A program made the translations under genes and the position numbers. Below are positions 17,191-26,704 of a stretch of DNA of 43,596 bases, piece by piece (position 1 is the stretch's first letter; each line of letters begins with the position of its first letter). The stretch is from the IMG/VR virus record IMGVR_UViG_3300037424_001846, positions 1-43,596 of that record; one strand, given 5' to 3'. The notes under the pieces were generated by a model. It was given only the letters and a program-made list of their open reading frames with translations, searched no databases and was not told the origin of the DNA. The stretch comes from a virus (lineage: Duplodnaviria; Caudoviricetes).

Positions 17191-19695
17191 ATGAGAAGTT
17201 ATCGTCCTATGAGGCTGGGTGCAATCCTTGATCCGCAGTTGCGGAGGGAGATGCAACCTGTGGATGACTGGCTCAGGGATTTGTCGAGCCAGCAGGCCCG
17301 GATTGTGACTATGCCGCAGGGAACTCCGACGATTGTGACAAATCCTACGACGGGGGTTGAGTCGGGGGCGTATCTCTATTTGCCGGGAAGGCCGACGGAG
17401 CAGCAATCTGTGGGGCCGGTTAGTTTCCAGGCGTTGCCGCTTCCTTATAGTGTGGGGACTGTGCCGACTGTAGAGACGGCTGTGTCGTTGAGAGCGACGA
17501 CAAGTGATGGGGGACCGCAGCCGGCTCGGGTGTTCTTCTTCATTCAGGGGGGACGCACTGGGGCGACACTCGGGGCACAGAAGAGGTATTGGACGTTTCC
17601 CAGTTTCACGGAGATCAATCAGGGACCGACGGTTGGACATCATGTGTTCGTGGATACGAGTGACTTCCAGACCCTCACGAAGAAGACATTCGATAATGAT
17701 AATCGATATCAGATGGAGGATACAGTTGCGGGGGCGGGGTGGTTGAATGCCGCACATGATAGGACGCTTCAGTTTGCGTGGGGAGGAAGTTATCCGTTTG
17801 GTGGGGGAGCGGTAGTTACACCAACGACGTTGACGGGGATCATTCCAAGTTTGCAAATCCCGGCGTTGGATGTGAAGGACAATGGGAGTGGGGTACGAGA
17901 TCGGTCGCATGTGTTTCCGGTGGTGAAGAGGGCACATACGTTTTCTTCGTCGAGTGGGGCACCGTTTGAGTCGGGCGGGGTGTTGTTTGGGAGTTCGACT
18001 GGACGGGAACTCTATCCGATGTTTACTAGTGTGCAGGGGACACTGGCGGCACCAACGGATGGGAGTTTTCCAGTTTGGCATCCAACAGTTACGCAGAGTT
18101 GTACGTTTACGCTTTCAAGTCCGATTGTGACGATGGCGACGACGGCTGGGATTCAAATCGGAATGAGGATGAAGGAAGTTATCACTAACTATGCGTTGGC
18201 GGAAGATACTCATGTGTTGAGTGTGGATTCCCCGACGCAGATCACTATGAGTCAGAATTGGCCTAGTTCGAATCTGGTTAGGACAATCGACTTCTTCGGG
18301 ATGAGTTGGAGTGACACGGCTACAGGGATTTCTCTTGGGGCTGGGACGCTTACGGATTACTTGTATTTGCCTGGAAGGGTGAGTGGGCAGCATATTGGGA
18401 GTGGGACGGCACCGACTGGTGGGGCACTGGGGGATGTGTCTACATATGGAAGAATTGTGGTGGGGACGTCGTCTGCTGAGGCGGATGCCTATGTGACTGG
18501 TACGAAGATTACCACTAAGTCGGAGATAGATCTTACGAGTGGGGGAACGCAGATCGCAAACAACTTCCATGCGTTCTTGACTGGAAGTGGTGCGGCAAGT
18601 GGGACGATCGTTGGGTTGGAGTTGGATATTTCTGGGGGATCTGGGGCCACATCGGGGACTTACAATGTCAATGGACTTACGATGAGTGTGAGTCCTACGG
18701 TCCCGTCTGGTGTTACATTTTCTGCGATGGGGATGAGGTTTAATAATGCGCCTTCTGGGGCGGGAACTTTCTCCCTCTTGATTGGGGCGCAGTTCAATGT
18801 GTTTGGGTCGGGGACGGTTGGATCTTCGGCTACGACGATTGTGGGAGTTCAGGGTGGAGTTAATAACCTTGCGACGGTTGTTACCAATCTCATAGGGGTG
18901 CAGGCAACAAATTCTGGGGGGACGATCTCGGGGGCGGTGACACAGGCGACTGCGTTTGATGTGGGATCGACTTTTGCGAATGATACAGATGTTGTGACGT
19001 GGTCTGGACTTAGGATCTCTACTGGGATCACCGCTGCAATTGCGAACAAGTGGGCGCTGGATCTGACGAATACATCTACGAATATGGGGAGTCGGATTGC
19101 TCATAAGATGGGGCTTGGATGGAACCCTGCAACTGTGTCGGCGATCACCGCTAGGGTGATGCTTGCGGCTGGGACTGCGACTGCGGGGACGGCTCCGATC
19201 AAGTTTCAGTCCGGGACGCTTCTCACCGCGGCGGAGGCTGGGACGATTGAGTTCAACACGGATGACTTCTACGCCGGGATTACGACTGGGCCAGCACGGA
19301 AGAAGTTCGTGTTGGATGATGGAACAGCGCTGACAAGTGGGCGAGTTCCATTCGCCACAACGAATGGTCGCCTGACGGACGACGCGGACATGACCTTCGC
19401 CACCGACACACTCACGGTGACGAAGATCGCAGGAACCAACTTCACAGGAAGCCTCCAATTCAATCAGGGTGTGAACTTGATCCTTGCGACTGCCACCGGG
19501 ACCAAGATCGGGACGACCATAAGCCAGATGCTGGCATTTTGGGGCTCCACACCAACCATCCAACTGACGACGTCGGTTCCAGCGGGCACATTCACGGCCA
19601 ATACCTCCGGGATCGTAGATGATTCTGCAACTTTTGATGGGTATACCCTTGGGCAAATTGTGAGGGCGCTTAGGACTATGGGGTTGCTGGCGTAG
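17191..19695 (+). CDS. Tail fibre / receptor-binding protein
   Basis: G/T/S-rich 834 aa; QTLTKKT fibre motif; beta-helix-like central repeats; YLYLPGR twice. Confidence 0.75.
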   Translation: MRSYRPMRLGAILDPQLRREMQPVDDWLRDLSSQQARIVTMPQGTPTIVTNPTTGVESGAYLYLPGRPTEQQSVGPVSFQALPLPYSVGTVPTVETAVSLRATTSDGGPQPARVFFFIQGGRTGATLGAQKRYWTFPSFTEINQGPTVGHHVFVDTSDFQTLTKKTFDNDNRYQMEDTVAGAGWLNAAHDRTLQFAWGGSYPFGGGAVVTPTTLTGIIPSLQIPALDVKDNGSGVRDRSHVFPVVKRAHTFSSSSGAPFESGGVLFGSSTGRELYPMFTSVQGTLAAPTDGSFPVWHPTVTQSCTFTLSSPIVTMATTAGIQIGMRMKEVITNYALAEDTHVLSVDSPTQITMSQNWPSSNLVRTIDFFGMSWSDTATGISLGAGTLTDYLYLPGRVSGQHIGSGTAPTGGALGDVSTYGRIVVGTSSAEADAYVTGTKITTKSEIDLTSGGTQIANNFHAFLTGSGAASGTIVGLELDISGGSGATSGTYNVNGLTMSVSPTVPSGVTFSAMGMRFNNAPSGAGTFSLLIGAQFNVFGSGTVGSSATTIVGVQGGVNNLATVVTNLIGVQATNSGGTISGAVTQATAFDVGSTFANDTDVVTWSGLRISTGITAAIANKWALDLTNTSTNMGSRIAHKMGLGWNPATVSAITARVMLAAGTATAGTAPIKFQSGTLLTAAEAGTIEFNTDDFYAGITTGPARKKFVLDDGTALTSGRVPFATTNGRLTDDADMTFATDTLTVTKIAGTNFTGSLQFNQGVNLILATATGTKIGTTISQMLAFWGSTPTIQLTTSVPAGTFTANTSGIVDDSATFDGYTLGQIVRALRTMGLLA

Positions 19696-19705
19696 GGGGA
19701 ACACG

Positions 19706-20026
19706 ATGCCTACTAAGAACCAGGCAAAGGCTGCGGTCGATTCTGCTGTTTTTGACATAAAGGCAGATATAGATGGGATTCTTCCTACAGGGGTTAATAT
19801 CACTGATGGGGGGATTTCTTTTAATCCTACTAAGTGGCGACTTCACATGAATGCTGGTGGGGTAGCCGCCACGGCGGATTCTTGGTTGGCTACGATTGTA
19901 ACGAATTTGACTACGGCAGGGAGAGCATCGGTTGTGAGGCGGTCTGGGAGAAGAGATGAAGATGTGGTGGCATTCATTTCTATTGATACTGCCCTGGCTA
20001 CCTATATCATTCAGAACATAGGGTAG
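19706..20026 (+). CDS. Hypothetical protein (possible fibre-associated protein or chaperone)
   Basis: GGGGG leader; follows the fibre gene; visibly AT-richer than its flanks. Confidence 0.65.
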   Translation: MPTKNQAKAAVDSAVFDIKADIDGILPTGVNITDGGISFNPTKWRLHMNAGGVAATADSWLATIVTNLTTAGRASVVRRSGRRDEDVVAFISIDTALATYIIQNIG

Positions 20027-20044
20027 TCGTCCAAGGAGGATACC

Positions 20045-20614
20045 ATGGCTTATGGACCTGGGGGGTACATTCAGAATGGGGCGTATTCGAATACGCCAAC
20101 GGCAGGGGGGTCTTCGGGTGGATTGGGGACAGGGGTGATTGGGGCAGGGATCGGGGCGCTTGGAGGGATCCTAGGGAGCATCTTCGGGGGGAAGAAGCAG
20201 CCTGGGGCGAAGGATCTGGAGAGGATGTTTGGGCCGGGAGCGTTGACGGGAGACATCCAGAAGATCTACGCGATGTTGTCGAAGTCGCCGCAGTTCGCCC
20301 AATTGCTCAGTCAGAGCAATATCAATGCAACGGGGTTCGAGCACAACTTGAGGGGAAGTCTGGGGGCTAGGGGGTTGACGAGTAGTGGGGTGGGGTCGAT
20401 TGCGACGGCGGCAGGGCAGAGTGCCGCGGCGACGGGGGAGCAAGCGCTGAGGGGTGGGTTGTTCTCGACGGCGTCGGATGTGGCACAGCAGAACCTCTTG
20501 GCAAGGCTTCAGGCGTACATGCAGAGCCAGCAGTTGAGTGCGCAGCAGCCGAGTCCGTTGCAGCAGATTGGGGGGAGTCTGGCAAGTGCCGGATCCTTCC
20601 TGGGGATCTTGTGA
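20045..20614 (+). CDS. Putative DNA ejection/pilot protein (P22 gp7-like)
   Basis: AAGGAGG SD; Gly-rich hydrophobic GVIGAGIGALGGILGSIFGG; LGARGLTSSG motif; Gln-rich end. Confidence 0.7.
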   Translation: MAYGPGGYIQNGAYSNTPTAGGSSGGLGTGVIGAGIGALGGILGSIFGGKKQPGAKDLERMFGPGALTGDIQKIYAMLSKSPQFAQLLSQSNINATGFEHNLRGSLGARGLTSSGVGSIATAAGQSAAATGEQALRGGLFSTASDVAQQNLLARLQAYMQSQQLSAQQPSPLQQIGGSLASAGSFLGIL

Positions 20615-21645
20615 TGCCGTCCTACACACAGGAGCCCAGCAAGACGGTGAAGGAGAAGTTCAGCGCAACTTCTACAACTAGACCGGCTCGGGAGGAGAGG
20701 GGGGTTGTGCCGACGAAGGGAAAACCTGTGGGGGGGCAGGCGGCACTTCCACCGCCTGTGTCGTTGGCGCAGATCGAGGGGATGTATGAGCCACTGAGGA
20801 AGGAGATCGAGGCTCTGCCCCCGCCGGCAGCCCAGCCAGTTCCACCCCAGACGAAGCCGCTGGCGGCGTTCTTGAGTGTGCTGGGGGCGAATCTGGGGGC
20901 AAGTCTGTTGCGGAACCCTCAGGTGGCGCAACAGGCTACGGAGTATTTGTTGCAGAAGGAGCAGGAGCGGAAGGCTACTGTTGCGCAGAACTATGCGACG
21001 GATCTGGCGTTCAATCAGAATAAGCGGAATCAACTGGTACAGATTCGGGGGCAGGCGTTGGAGACGGCGCTGAAGGCGGCATTGGAATCGAATGATTCAG
21101 AGCGGGCAGCGAAGATCGGGCAGAACTTGGCGAAGTTGCAGGGGGAGATCCAGACTGGGATGGTGATCCCTGCGGCTGGGAAAGAGGAGTTGAAGCAGAT
21201 CGAGGAGACGGGGCGGCAGGCGCGGATGACCCAAGCGGAGAGGATCCGGCTGGAGTGGGAGAAGGCAGAGGGGATTGCGACAAAGCCGCTCACGCCGCAG
21301 CAGTTCCAGAAAGCGATTGATGATGTGAACAAAAATAAGGAGTTGACGACAGAGGAGCATGGATTCTTTGGGAACATTTGGAGGAGTTTGTTCGGAGGGG
21401 AGAACAAACTGAGCAAGAGGGATATGCTGAAGGGGGCGTATGTCACGGGGTTGATTGCGGGGGAGCCGGCCGTGCAGGGGACGGCAAAGAGGCGGCTTAC
21501 GACGATGGTGGTGAGTGAATTGGGGTTGTTGAAGAAGTATCCGGATCCGAATACTCCGTTTTCTCCGGAGGATGAGCAGAAGGTGTTGAGGGCGTTTGCG
21601 GATCTTGGACTTAACTATCAGACAGATGTGGCGCCGATCAAATGA
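20614..21645 (+). CDS. Putative internal virion/ejection protein
   Basis: Coupled start; Q/A/E-rich helical protein in the ejection cassette position. Confidence 0.65.
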   Translation: MPSYTQEPSKTVKEKFSATSTTRPAREERGVVPTKGKPVGGQAALPPPVSLAQIEGMYEPLRKEIEALPPPAAQPVPPQTKPLAAFLSVLGANLGASLLRNPQVAQQATEYLLQKEQERKATVAQNYATDLAFNQNKRNQLVQIRGQALETALKAALESNDSERAAKIGQNLAKLQGEIQTGMVIPAAGKEELKQIEETGRQARMTQAERIRLEWEKAEGIATKPLTPQQFQKAIDDVNKNKELTTEEHGFFGNIWRSLFGGENKLSKRDMLKGAYVTGLIAGEPAVQGTAKRRLTTMVVSELGLLKKYPDPNTPFSPEDEQKVLRAFADLGLNYQTDVAPIK

Positions 21646-24548
21646 GCCCGATGAATCTGAATTCGCTGATGGCGAATGACACGACGGCCACCGTCCCATC
21701 GCCCCCCGAGCCGGATACTAGTAAGGGGACCACTGGGGGGATGAGTATTGCGGGGATGATGGGAGGGCCGCCGGCGGTGCCGCAGTTGAGGGCTGCGCCA
21801 GCAATGGCGCAGTCCGCGCGGTCCGTTCCGAACCTTACGGCGCCACCGATCCGGTTTGAGGATGTGATGAAGGGTGTGGTGGAGGGGGCTGTGGCGCCTT
21901 TCACTGGGAGTTGGGAAGCGGCGATGGGGCTGCTGGCGGATCCGATGTTTCGGGTGCTGCCGTTGAGTGAGCAGGATAAGCATCTGGAAGAGGCGGAGAG
22001 GCTGGGGTGGAAGGGTGCTGCGTTTTGGGGGAGCATGGCGGTCGGGGGGCCAGTTGCGAAGTTGCCGGTGGCGATGGTGTGGAAGTTGGGAGCCGCGGGG
22101 GCGGCGACGGGAGGGGCGTTTTCGGCGATTGAAGGGATGGAAGGGTTGTTGAAGGGGTATGAAGATGCGAAGACGTATGTGGGGAATGTGGCGACTACGG
22201 CGACGTTTGGGGCGCTGACGGGAGGAGCACTGGCGATGGTCCCGGGGGCGGCTAGGCTGGGGGTGGGAGCGGTAAAGTTGCCGCTTAAGGGGATGAACCG
22301 GGCGATTGATTTGATGCCGGGGGGGAAGCAGGTTAGGGCGAGGACGGCGGATTTTGTGAAGGGGGCATTTGGACATCTTTGGCAGCCGGGACTGTTTACG
22401 AGTGGGGAAGAGGTTCTGAGGGCGAACGGGTTGGTTGGGTTGGCGGATCAGATGAAGGTGGCGAGGGCGGTGTCGTCACTTAAGGGGAGTGAACTTGTTG
22501 CGGGGTTGAATGTTAATTTGAAGGGATTGACTACGGAAGAGGTGCAGAAGGTTACGTTCTTTATTGAACATTTTGACTTTACGGATCCACTCGCGTGGGA
22601 GACGGCGAAGGCGTATACGACGACGAAGGCGGATGAGAGGTTGTTTGGGGTGGCACAGAGGGAAGCGGAGCGGATGATTGGACTGGGGCAGATGATGGAG
22701 AAGGCGGGAATGCAAGTTTATGATCCTGAGGATAATGCGTTCCATCGGTTTGCGCTCAGGAAGAACTATATCCCCCATAGGTTTGTGAATGATGAGGCGT
22801 TTAGGGTTGGGGGAGAAGTGAGGGGGAGGGCGGTTGGGAAGGTGATGAAGGAGTACCACTATACGAGGGAACTGGCGGAGGAGTGGGTTGACAATTTTGC
22901 GGATAGGATTAAGGCGAGTAATGAGGGGACATTCCAGGGGAAGTTCCCTGCGGGGACGAGTGGGCATTATTTGATTGGGAGGAGATTGGGACTGCCGGGG
23001 TATGAGACGGATCTGACGAAGATCTTGCCACAATACTATGAGCATGTGAGTCGGAGGTTGACGAACCACATCTTCTTTGGGGCGGATCCGCTGGTGATGG
23101 CGGTGAAGGAGGCGGCTGAGGAGGCGCCGGGGGGGTTATTGACGAAGGAAGCGGCGCTGGTGCAGGAGGGATTTCCAGAGTTGATCGGAGAGAGGGCTGT
23201 GCCGAAGATGCCGACGAGCATGTGGCAGATTATCTATGCGCGTCAGAGGCAGGCAGAGAAGGCGGCACGGCAGGCTCAGTCGATTGAGTTTAAGTATCCG
23301 AAGGCGTTTGCACAGTTGGAGGGGATTGCGGATCCAGAAAAGAAAGCACTATCGACTAAGGTTGTGCGTGGGCAACTTGGAATGTTGGAGGAGGCGCAGT
23401 TTGGGAAAAGGTTTTTGGATGAGGCTGCGAAGATGGAGGTGGTCACGAAGTTGGCGTTGGGGGCGATCGCGCAGCCTAGCCAGATGATGACTGCGGTGGT
23501 GAGGACGGGATGGAAAGGGGCGTTTAGGGATCTGGTGGCGTTGTTGGAGGGAAATCCAGAGGCGTGGGACTTTGCGGCTAGGGCGGGGGCTACGTTGAGG
23601 GGGGTGGTGAGGGAGTCGCAGAGATCTCTGACGAGTCAGGAAACTAGTTTCTTGGATAAGGTGTTGTTTACGAAGTTTGATGTGGCGAGTAGGGCGTATG
23701 GGGCGATCAGGGGGGCGAGTTTTGCGGACTTTGTGGCGAAAGATTTGGTGAAGTATAATAGGCAGTTGGGACAGTTGAGGATGGGGAATCAGATTGGGGC
23801 AAGGTTGCAGAAGACTTTGGGGGGAGAGAAGTTCTTGATGAAGAAGGTGGCGGGGCTTGAAGCGAAGTTCAAAGGTCTGGGGATTGATCCAGGGGAGGTG
23901 GTGGCGCAGGGGGGAGCATTGACGAATGAGCAGTTGTTGATTGCGGCGAATAGGGTGAGCCATGAGGTGAACTTTTGGGGGGATGCGCTGAGTCTGCCGG
24001 TTTTCTATAGATCGGCGTATGGGAAGTATCTGACGCAGTTCAAGAGTTTTGGATTTCAGCAGACTAAGTTGATGAAGGATCATATGGTGAAGCCATTTAT
24101 GAAGTGGGTTGAGGGGAAGCCTGGAGGAGATCCGGGACCGCTGACACGGTTTGCGATACTGATGCCAGGGGGTGGAGAGGCGATCTCGGATCTGAAGGCG
24201 CTGGCGCGAGCGAAAGAGCGGCCGGACAATGTAATTGAAAGGTTTGCGGAGAATATAGCGAATGCTGGGGGGTTTGGGTTGATGGCAGATGGGATTCGGG
24301 CAACGGATTTTGGGGTGAGTGGGGTGTTGGGGTTGATGGTGGGGCCTACGGGGGGAGATGTTGGGAAATTTGGGGCGGCTGTAGGAGAGTTGAGGAAGGG
24401 GAAGCCAGGAAAGATGGGACGATTTGCGGTGGAGTATGGGGTGCCGGCGGCAACCTCGAAGGTGCTCCCGGGAGCGGCACCGTTGACGGCGATGATGACG
24501 CCGGCGATTGCAAATGTGTTGTTCCCGAAGAAGGAGCCCCAAAAGTGA
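21642..24548 (+). CDS. Large internal virion/ejection protein (968 aa)
   Basis: Gly/Ala hydrophobic N-terminus, NYIPHRF, LTQFKSFGFQQ; last of three ejection-type genes. Confidence 0.72.
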   Translation: MSPMNLNSLMANDTTATVPSPPEPDTSKGTTGGMSIAGMMGGPPAVPQLRAAPAMAQSARSVPNLTAPPIRFEDVMKGVVEGAVAPFTGSWEAAMGLLADPMFRVLPLSEQDKHLEEAERLGWKGAAFWGSMAVGGPVAKLPVAMVWKLGAAGAATGGAFSAIEGMEGLLKGYEDAKTYVGNVATTATFGALTGGALAMVPGAARLGVGAVKLPLKGMNRAIDLMPGGKQVRARTADFVKGAFGHLWQPGLFTSGEEVLRANGLVGLADQMKVARAVSSLKGSELVAGLNVNLKGLTTEEVQKVTFFIEHFDFTDPLAWETAKAYTTTKADERLFGVAQREAERMIGLGQMMEKAGMQVYDPEDNAFHRFALRKNYIPHRFVNDEAFRVGGEVRGRAVGKVMKEYHYTRELAEEWVDNFADRIKASNEGTFQGKFPAGTSGHYLIGRRLGLPGYETDLTKILPQYYEHVSRRLTNHIFFGADPLVMAVKEAAEEAPGGLLTKEAALVQEGFPELIGERAVPKMPTSMWQIIYARQRQAEKAARQAQSIEFKYPKAFAQLEGIADPEKKALSTKVVRGQLGMLEEAQFGKRFLDEAAKMEVVTKLALGAIAQPSQMMTAVVRTGWKGAFRDLVALLEGNPEAWDFAARAGATLRGVVRESQRSLTSQETSFLDKVLFTKFDVASRAYGAIRGASFADFVAKDLVKYNRQLGQLRMGNQIGARLQKTLGGEKFLMKKVAGLEAKFKGLGIDPGEVVAQGGALTNEQLLIAANRVSHEVNFWGDALSLPVFYRSAYGKYLTQFKSFGFQQTKLMKDHMVKPFMKWVEGKPGGDPGPLTRFAILMPGGGEAISDLKALARAKERPDNVIERFAENIANAGGFGLMADGIRATDFGVSGVLGLMVGPTGGDVGKFGAAVGELRKGKPGKMGRFAVEYGVPAATSKVLPGAAPLTAMMTPAIANVLFPKKEPQK

Positions 24549-24814
24549 ACGATGTGAAGGGGTGGATGAATGGGATGCCATTGCCGAATTGGTTGAAGTT
24601 GGTGGTGTTGGGAGCGGGGTTGGGAATTGTGATTGGGGTGAACCAGAGTTCGGTGGCGGCACTTCAGGAGACGCAGAGGGCGACGACGGCGGAGATCAGA
24701 GAGTTGCGGCAGGATGTGAGGGAGAGACTGGTGACGCGGCAGGAGTTTGATTTGCTTGTGAAGCAGGTGCAGGGGGTTGTGAGGAGAGTGGAGATCTCTG
24801 AGGAGGGGAGGTGA
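24545..24814 (+). CDS. Single-TM coiled-coil protein (lysis-cassette candidate)
   Basis: TM LVVLGAGLGIVIGV followed by coiled coil and VTRQEF. Confidence 0.65.
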   Translation: MNDVKGWMNGMPLPNWLKLVVLGAGLGIVIGVNQSSVAALQETQRATTAEIRELRQDVRERLVTRQEFDLLVKQVQGVVRRVEISEEGR

Positions 24815-24818
24815 GAAC

Positions 24819-25256
24819 GTGAGTTGGAAATGGATTTTGGGGATTGTGGTTGTGGTGATTGTGGGGTTGGTGCTATTTGTGGTTCCGTTCCCGGTCCATG
24901 CGCAGGTTGCGAGTATTACGGTGGACTGGACGGCGCCTGGGGATGATGGGAATGTAGGGACGGCAACGACCTATCAGATGCGGTGGAGTGCGACTAGGCC
25001 GGATACGACTTCGACGGCGGCGATGGATACGTGGTGGGGTGGGGCGACGAATGTGACAGGGTTGCCGGCACCGAAGGTAGCGGGGAGCGCAGAGACGTTT
25101 GTGGTGAATGGACCGTTTACGACGGGACAGACTTACTACTTTGTGATGAAGAGTTGTGATGAGGTGCCGAACTGTTCGGGGTATTCGAATGTGGGTGTGA
25201 AGATTCTACCGGATGCGAGTCCGCCGGCTAGGATCATCGATCTCAGGACGAGGTAG
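24819..25256 (+). CDS. Membrane-anchored or secreted fibronectin type III domain protein
   Basis: N-terminal hydrophobic helix and VHA-Q cleavage-like site; WTAPGDDGNVGTATTYQMRWS...GQTYYFVMKSCDEVPNCSGYSN FN3 pattern. Confidence 0.8.
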   Translation: MSWKWILGIVVVVIVGLVLFVVPFPVHAQVASITVDWTAPGDDGNVGTATTYQMRWSATRPDTTSTAAMDTWWGGATNVTGLPAPKVAGSAETFVVNGPFTTGQTYYFVMKSCDEVPNCSGYSNVGVKILPDASPPARIIDLRTR

Positions 25257-25268
25257 AAGGGAGAACCC

Positions 25269-25601
25269 ATGGATGGGGTGATTGCGTTCTTGAACAATCA
25301 GCAATACGCGATTCTGGCGGCAATGGCGGTAGGGATCCTTGTGAAGTATTTGCCGTTTCTGAAGGGGGTGTCGAACGAGGGGATCCCGTTCTTGGCAGCA
25401 TTGACGGCGTGGGTGACGAATGTATTTGGAGCGCCGGAGGTGCAGGCGGGGGTTCTGGGTGGGGTGCTAGGTGGGATTGGTGGGATCTTCGTGCCGGTGA
25501 TCGATGCCGCGGTGTCGAAGTTCGTGCATGAGACCCTGTTGAGAGGGCTGTGGAAGGCAATCGGGTTGAAGAAGCCTGAAGGGGTGAAGACGCCTGGGTA
25601 G
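25269..25601 (+). CDS. Putative holin / multi-TM membrane protein
   Basis: 2-3 hydrophobic segments, basic C-terminus, last gene of the late arm; GGGAG SD. Confidence 0.55.
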   Translation: MDGVIAFLNNQQYAILAAMAVGILVKYLPFLKGVSNEGIPFLAALTAWVTNVFGAPEVQAGVLGGVLGGIGGIFVPVIDAAVSKFVHETLLRGLWKAIGLKKPEGVKTPG

Positions 25602-25844
25602 TTAGATCCGGCGCTTGGCGCGAGAGATGGCTGCGGCGCGCGGGGTGCCCCGACGGTTGTTTGCAAAGAGTTTGGTTCCGACGGCTTCGTCTTCTTTCGC
25701 CACGTCAGCGCGGAGGGGGATGAGGCCGTCTTTTTGGGCGGCGAGAAGCCAGCGTGCGACCTGACGGGCACGGGGGGGATTGGCGCACTCGATGGTGATG
25801 AAGACGAGGGGGTCAGACTGGAGGGTCAACTTCAGACGTTCCAC
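25602..25844 (-). CDS. Hypothetical protein
   Basis: GAGGTG SD before GTG; its stop abuts the + arm stop. Confidence 0.6.
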   Translation of the reverse strand: MERLKLTLQSDPLVFITIECANPPRARQVARWLLAAQKDGLIPLRADVAKEDEAVGTKLFANNRRGTPRAAAISRAKRRI

Positions 25845-26016
25845 GCTTCACCTCGTTGGAGAGGACCTTCAGGATTCCGTTCAAGATGATGGCCTGACTG
25901 ATCTGAAGGAGGGCGATGGCCTTCAGATAGGCGGTGATGGGAGACTCCCCGGACATGGCGGCAATACTCTTATAGGTAGTCAGGAGTTCTTCATCAAGGG
26001 TGTCTAAGGTGGTCAT
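25813..26016 (-). CDS. Hypothetical protein
   Basis: TGATG coupling; AAGGAG SD. Confidence 0.6.
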   Translation of the reverse strand: MTTLDTLDEELLTTYKSIAAMSGESPITAYLKAIALLQISQAIILNGILKVLSNEVKRGTSEVDPPV

Positions 26017-26198
26017 CAGATCTCCTTGGTGCAGTTGGAGCAGCGACCACGCTTGGGGTCTTTGCCGGTTCGGGGGACGGCGTACTTCTGGATGCGGGCG
26101 CTACAGCATGAACTGAATTCGAGCCGGCGCGGCTTGCGGGCCGCGTAGGTGGAGGGCTCCCGAGTTAGGGGACGGTGGCGATCGTGGTCGGTTGCCAT
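26016..26198 (-). CDS. Small Cys-rich protein (CC...CxxC)
   Basis: SSCCSARI...RCSNC; coupled to the next gene. Confidence 0.5.
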   Translation of the reverse strand: MATDHDRHRPLTREPSTYAARKPRRLEFSSCCSARIQKYAVPRTGKDPKRGRCSNCTKEI

Positions 26199-26200
26199 GG

Positions 26201-26458
26201 CTAGGAGTAGCGGGAAACGATTTCGAGACGGGTGAGATCGTTCTCGGTGAGACGATAGGTCTCGTTGGGAATGACGTGCTCCTCCATGAAAGCGAAGAGG
26301 GTGAAACGCTCCTTGTGAGAGCGGAGGCGCCCTTCGAGAGCAGTTACTACAGGGTCCGCACCACCCGTGACGGAGTTTTGAGTTACAGTGCCGCCTCCCT
26401 GAGCGGCTTCATCTGCGATGCCGGTGCGGAGATGACCGCACTTGAAGTGGTTGGTCAT
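26201..26458 (-). CDS. Hypothetical protein (start uncertain)
   Basis: C-terminal half looks protein-like; the 5' half overlaps a predicted RNA structure and has no good SD. Confidence 0.35.
   Translation of the reverse strand: MTNHFKCGHLRTGIADEAAQGGGTVTQNSVTGGADPVVTALEGRLRSHKERFTLFAFMEEHVIPNETYRLTENDLTRLEIVSRYS
26355..26430 (-). ncRNA. Candidate structured RNA
   Basis: Closing stem TCCGCACC/GGTGCGGA with inner hairpins CATC/GATG and GCCGC/GCGGC. Confidence 0.35.
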
Positions 26459-26464
26459 AGTGAA

Positions 26465-26535
26465 AGACGGTAGACGGAATCGAACCGCCCTAAACGGATT
26501 TGCAGTCCGTCGCCTAGCCGATCAGCCATACCGTC
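26465..26535 (-). tRNA. tRNA-Cys(GCA)
   Basis: Acceptor GACGGTA/TACCGTC, ACGGA-CTGCAAA-TCCGT, GGCGG-TTCGATT-CCGTC, U73; CCA not encoded. Confidence 0.9.
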
Positions 26536-26545
26536 CTCAATTTAG

Positions 26546-26618
26546 TACGCGGCCCCGGATTCGAACCGAGAAAGAACAGATTCGGAGACTGTTTGCCGTT
26601 CCATTCGGCGTGCCGCGC
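26546..26618 (-). tRNA. tRNA-Arg(CCG), atypical
   Basis: Acceptor GCGCGGC/GCCGCGT, D stem GCCG/CGGC, AACAG-TCTCCGAAT-CTGTT, CTCGG-TTCGAAT-CCGGG; A at position 8. Confidence 0.75.
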
Positions 26619-26621
26619 ATT

Positions 26622-26703
26622 TGGGCTGGGAGGGATTCGAACCCTCACGAGTGAACTCGTCTGATTTTGAGCCAGGTGCGTCTACCAATTCCGCCACCAG
26701 CCC
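26622..26703 (-). tRNA. tRNA-Leu(CAA)
   Basis: Acceptor GGGCTGG/CCAGCCC, GCGGAATTGGTAGACGC D arm, CTCAAAA loop, long variable arm CGAG-TTCA-CTCG, GAGGG-TTCGAAT-CCCTC. Confidence 0.93.
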
Positions 26704-26704
26704 G

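Noticed and set aside
13726-24662. Long antisense ORFs (13726..15216, 15310..18081, 18115..19803, 23349..24662)
   Set aside because: Pro/His/Arg-rich shadows of the real + genes with no recognisable motifs; likely a by-product of the codon bias
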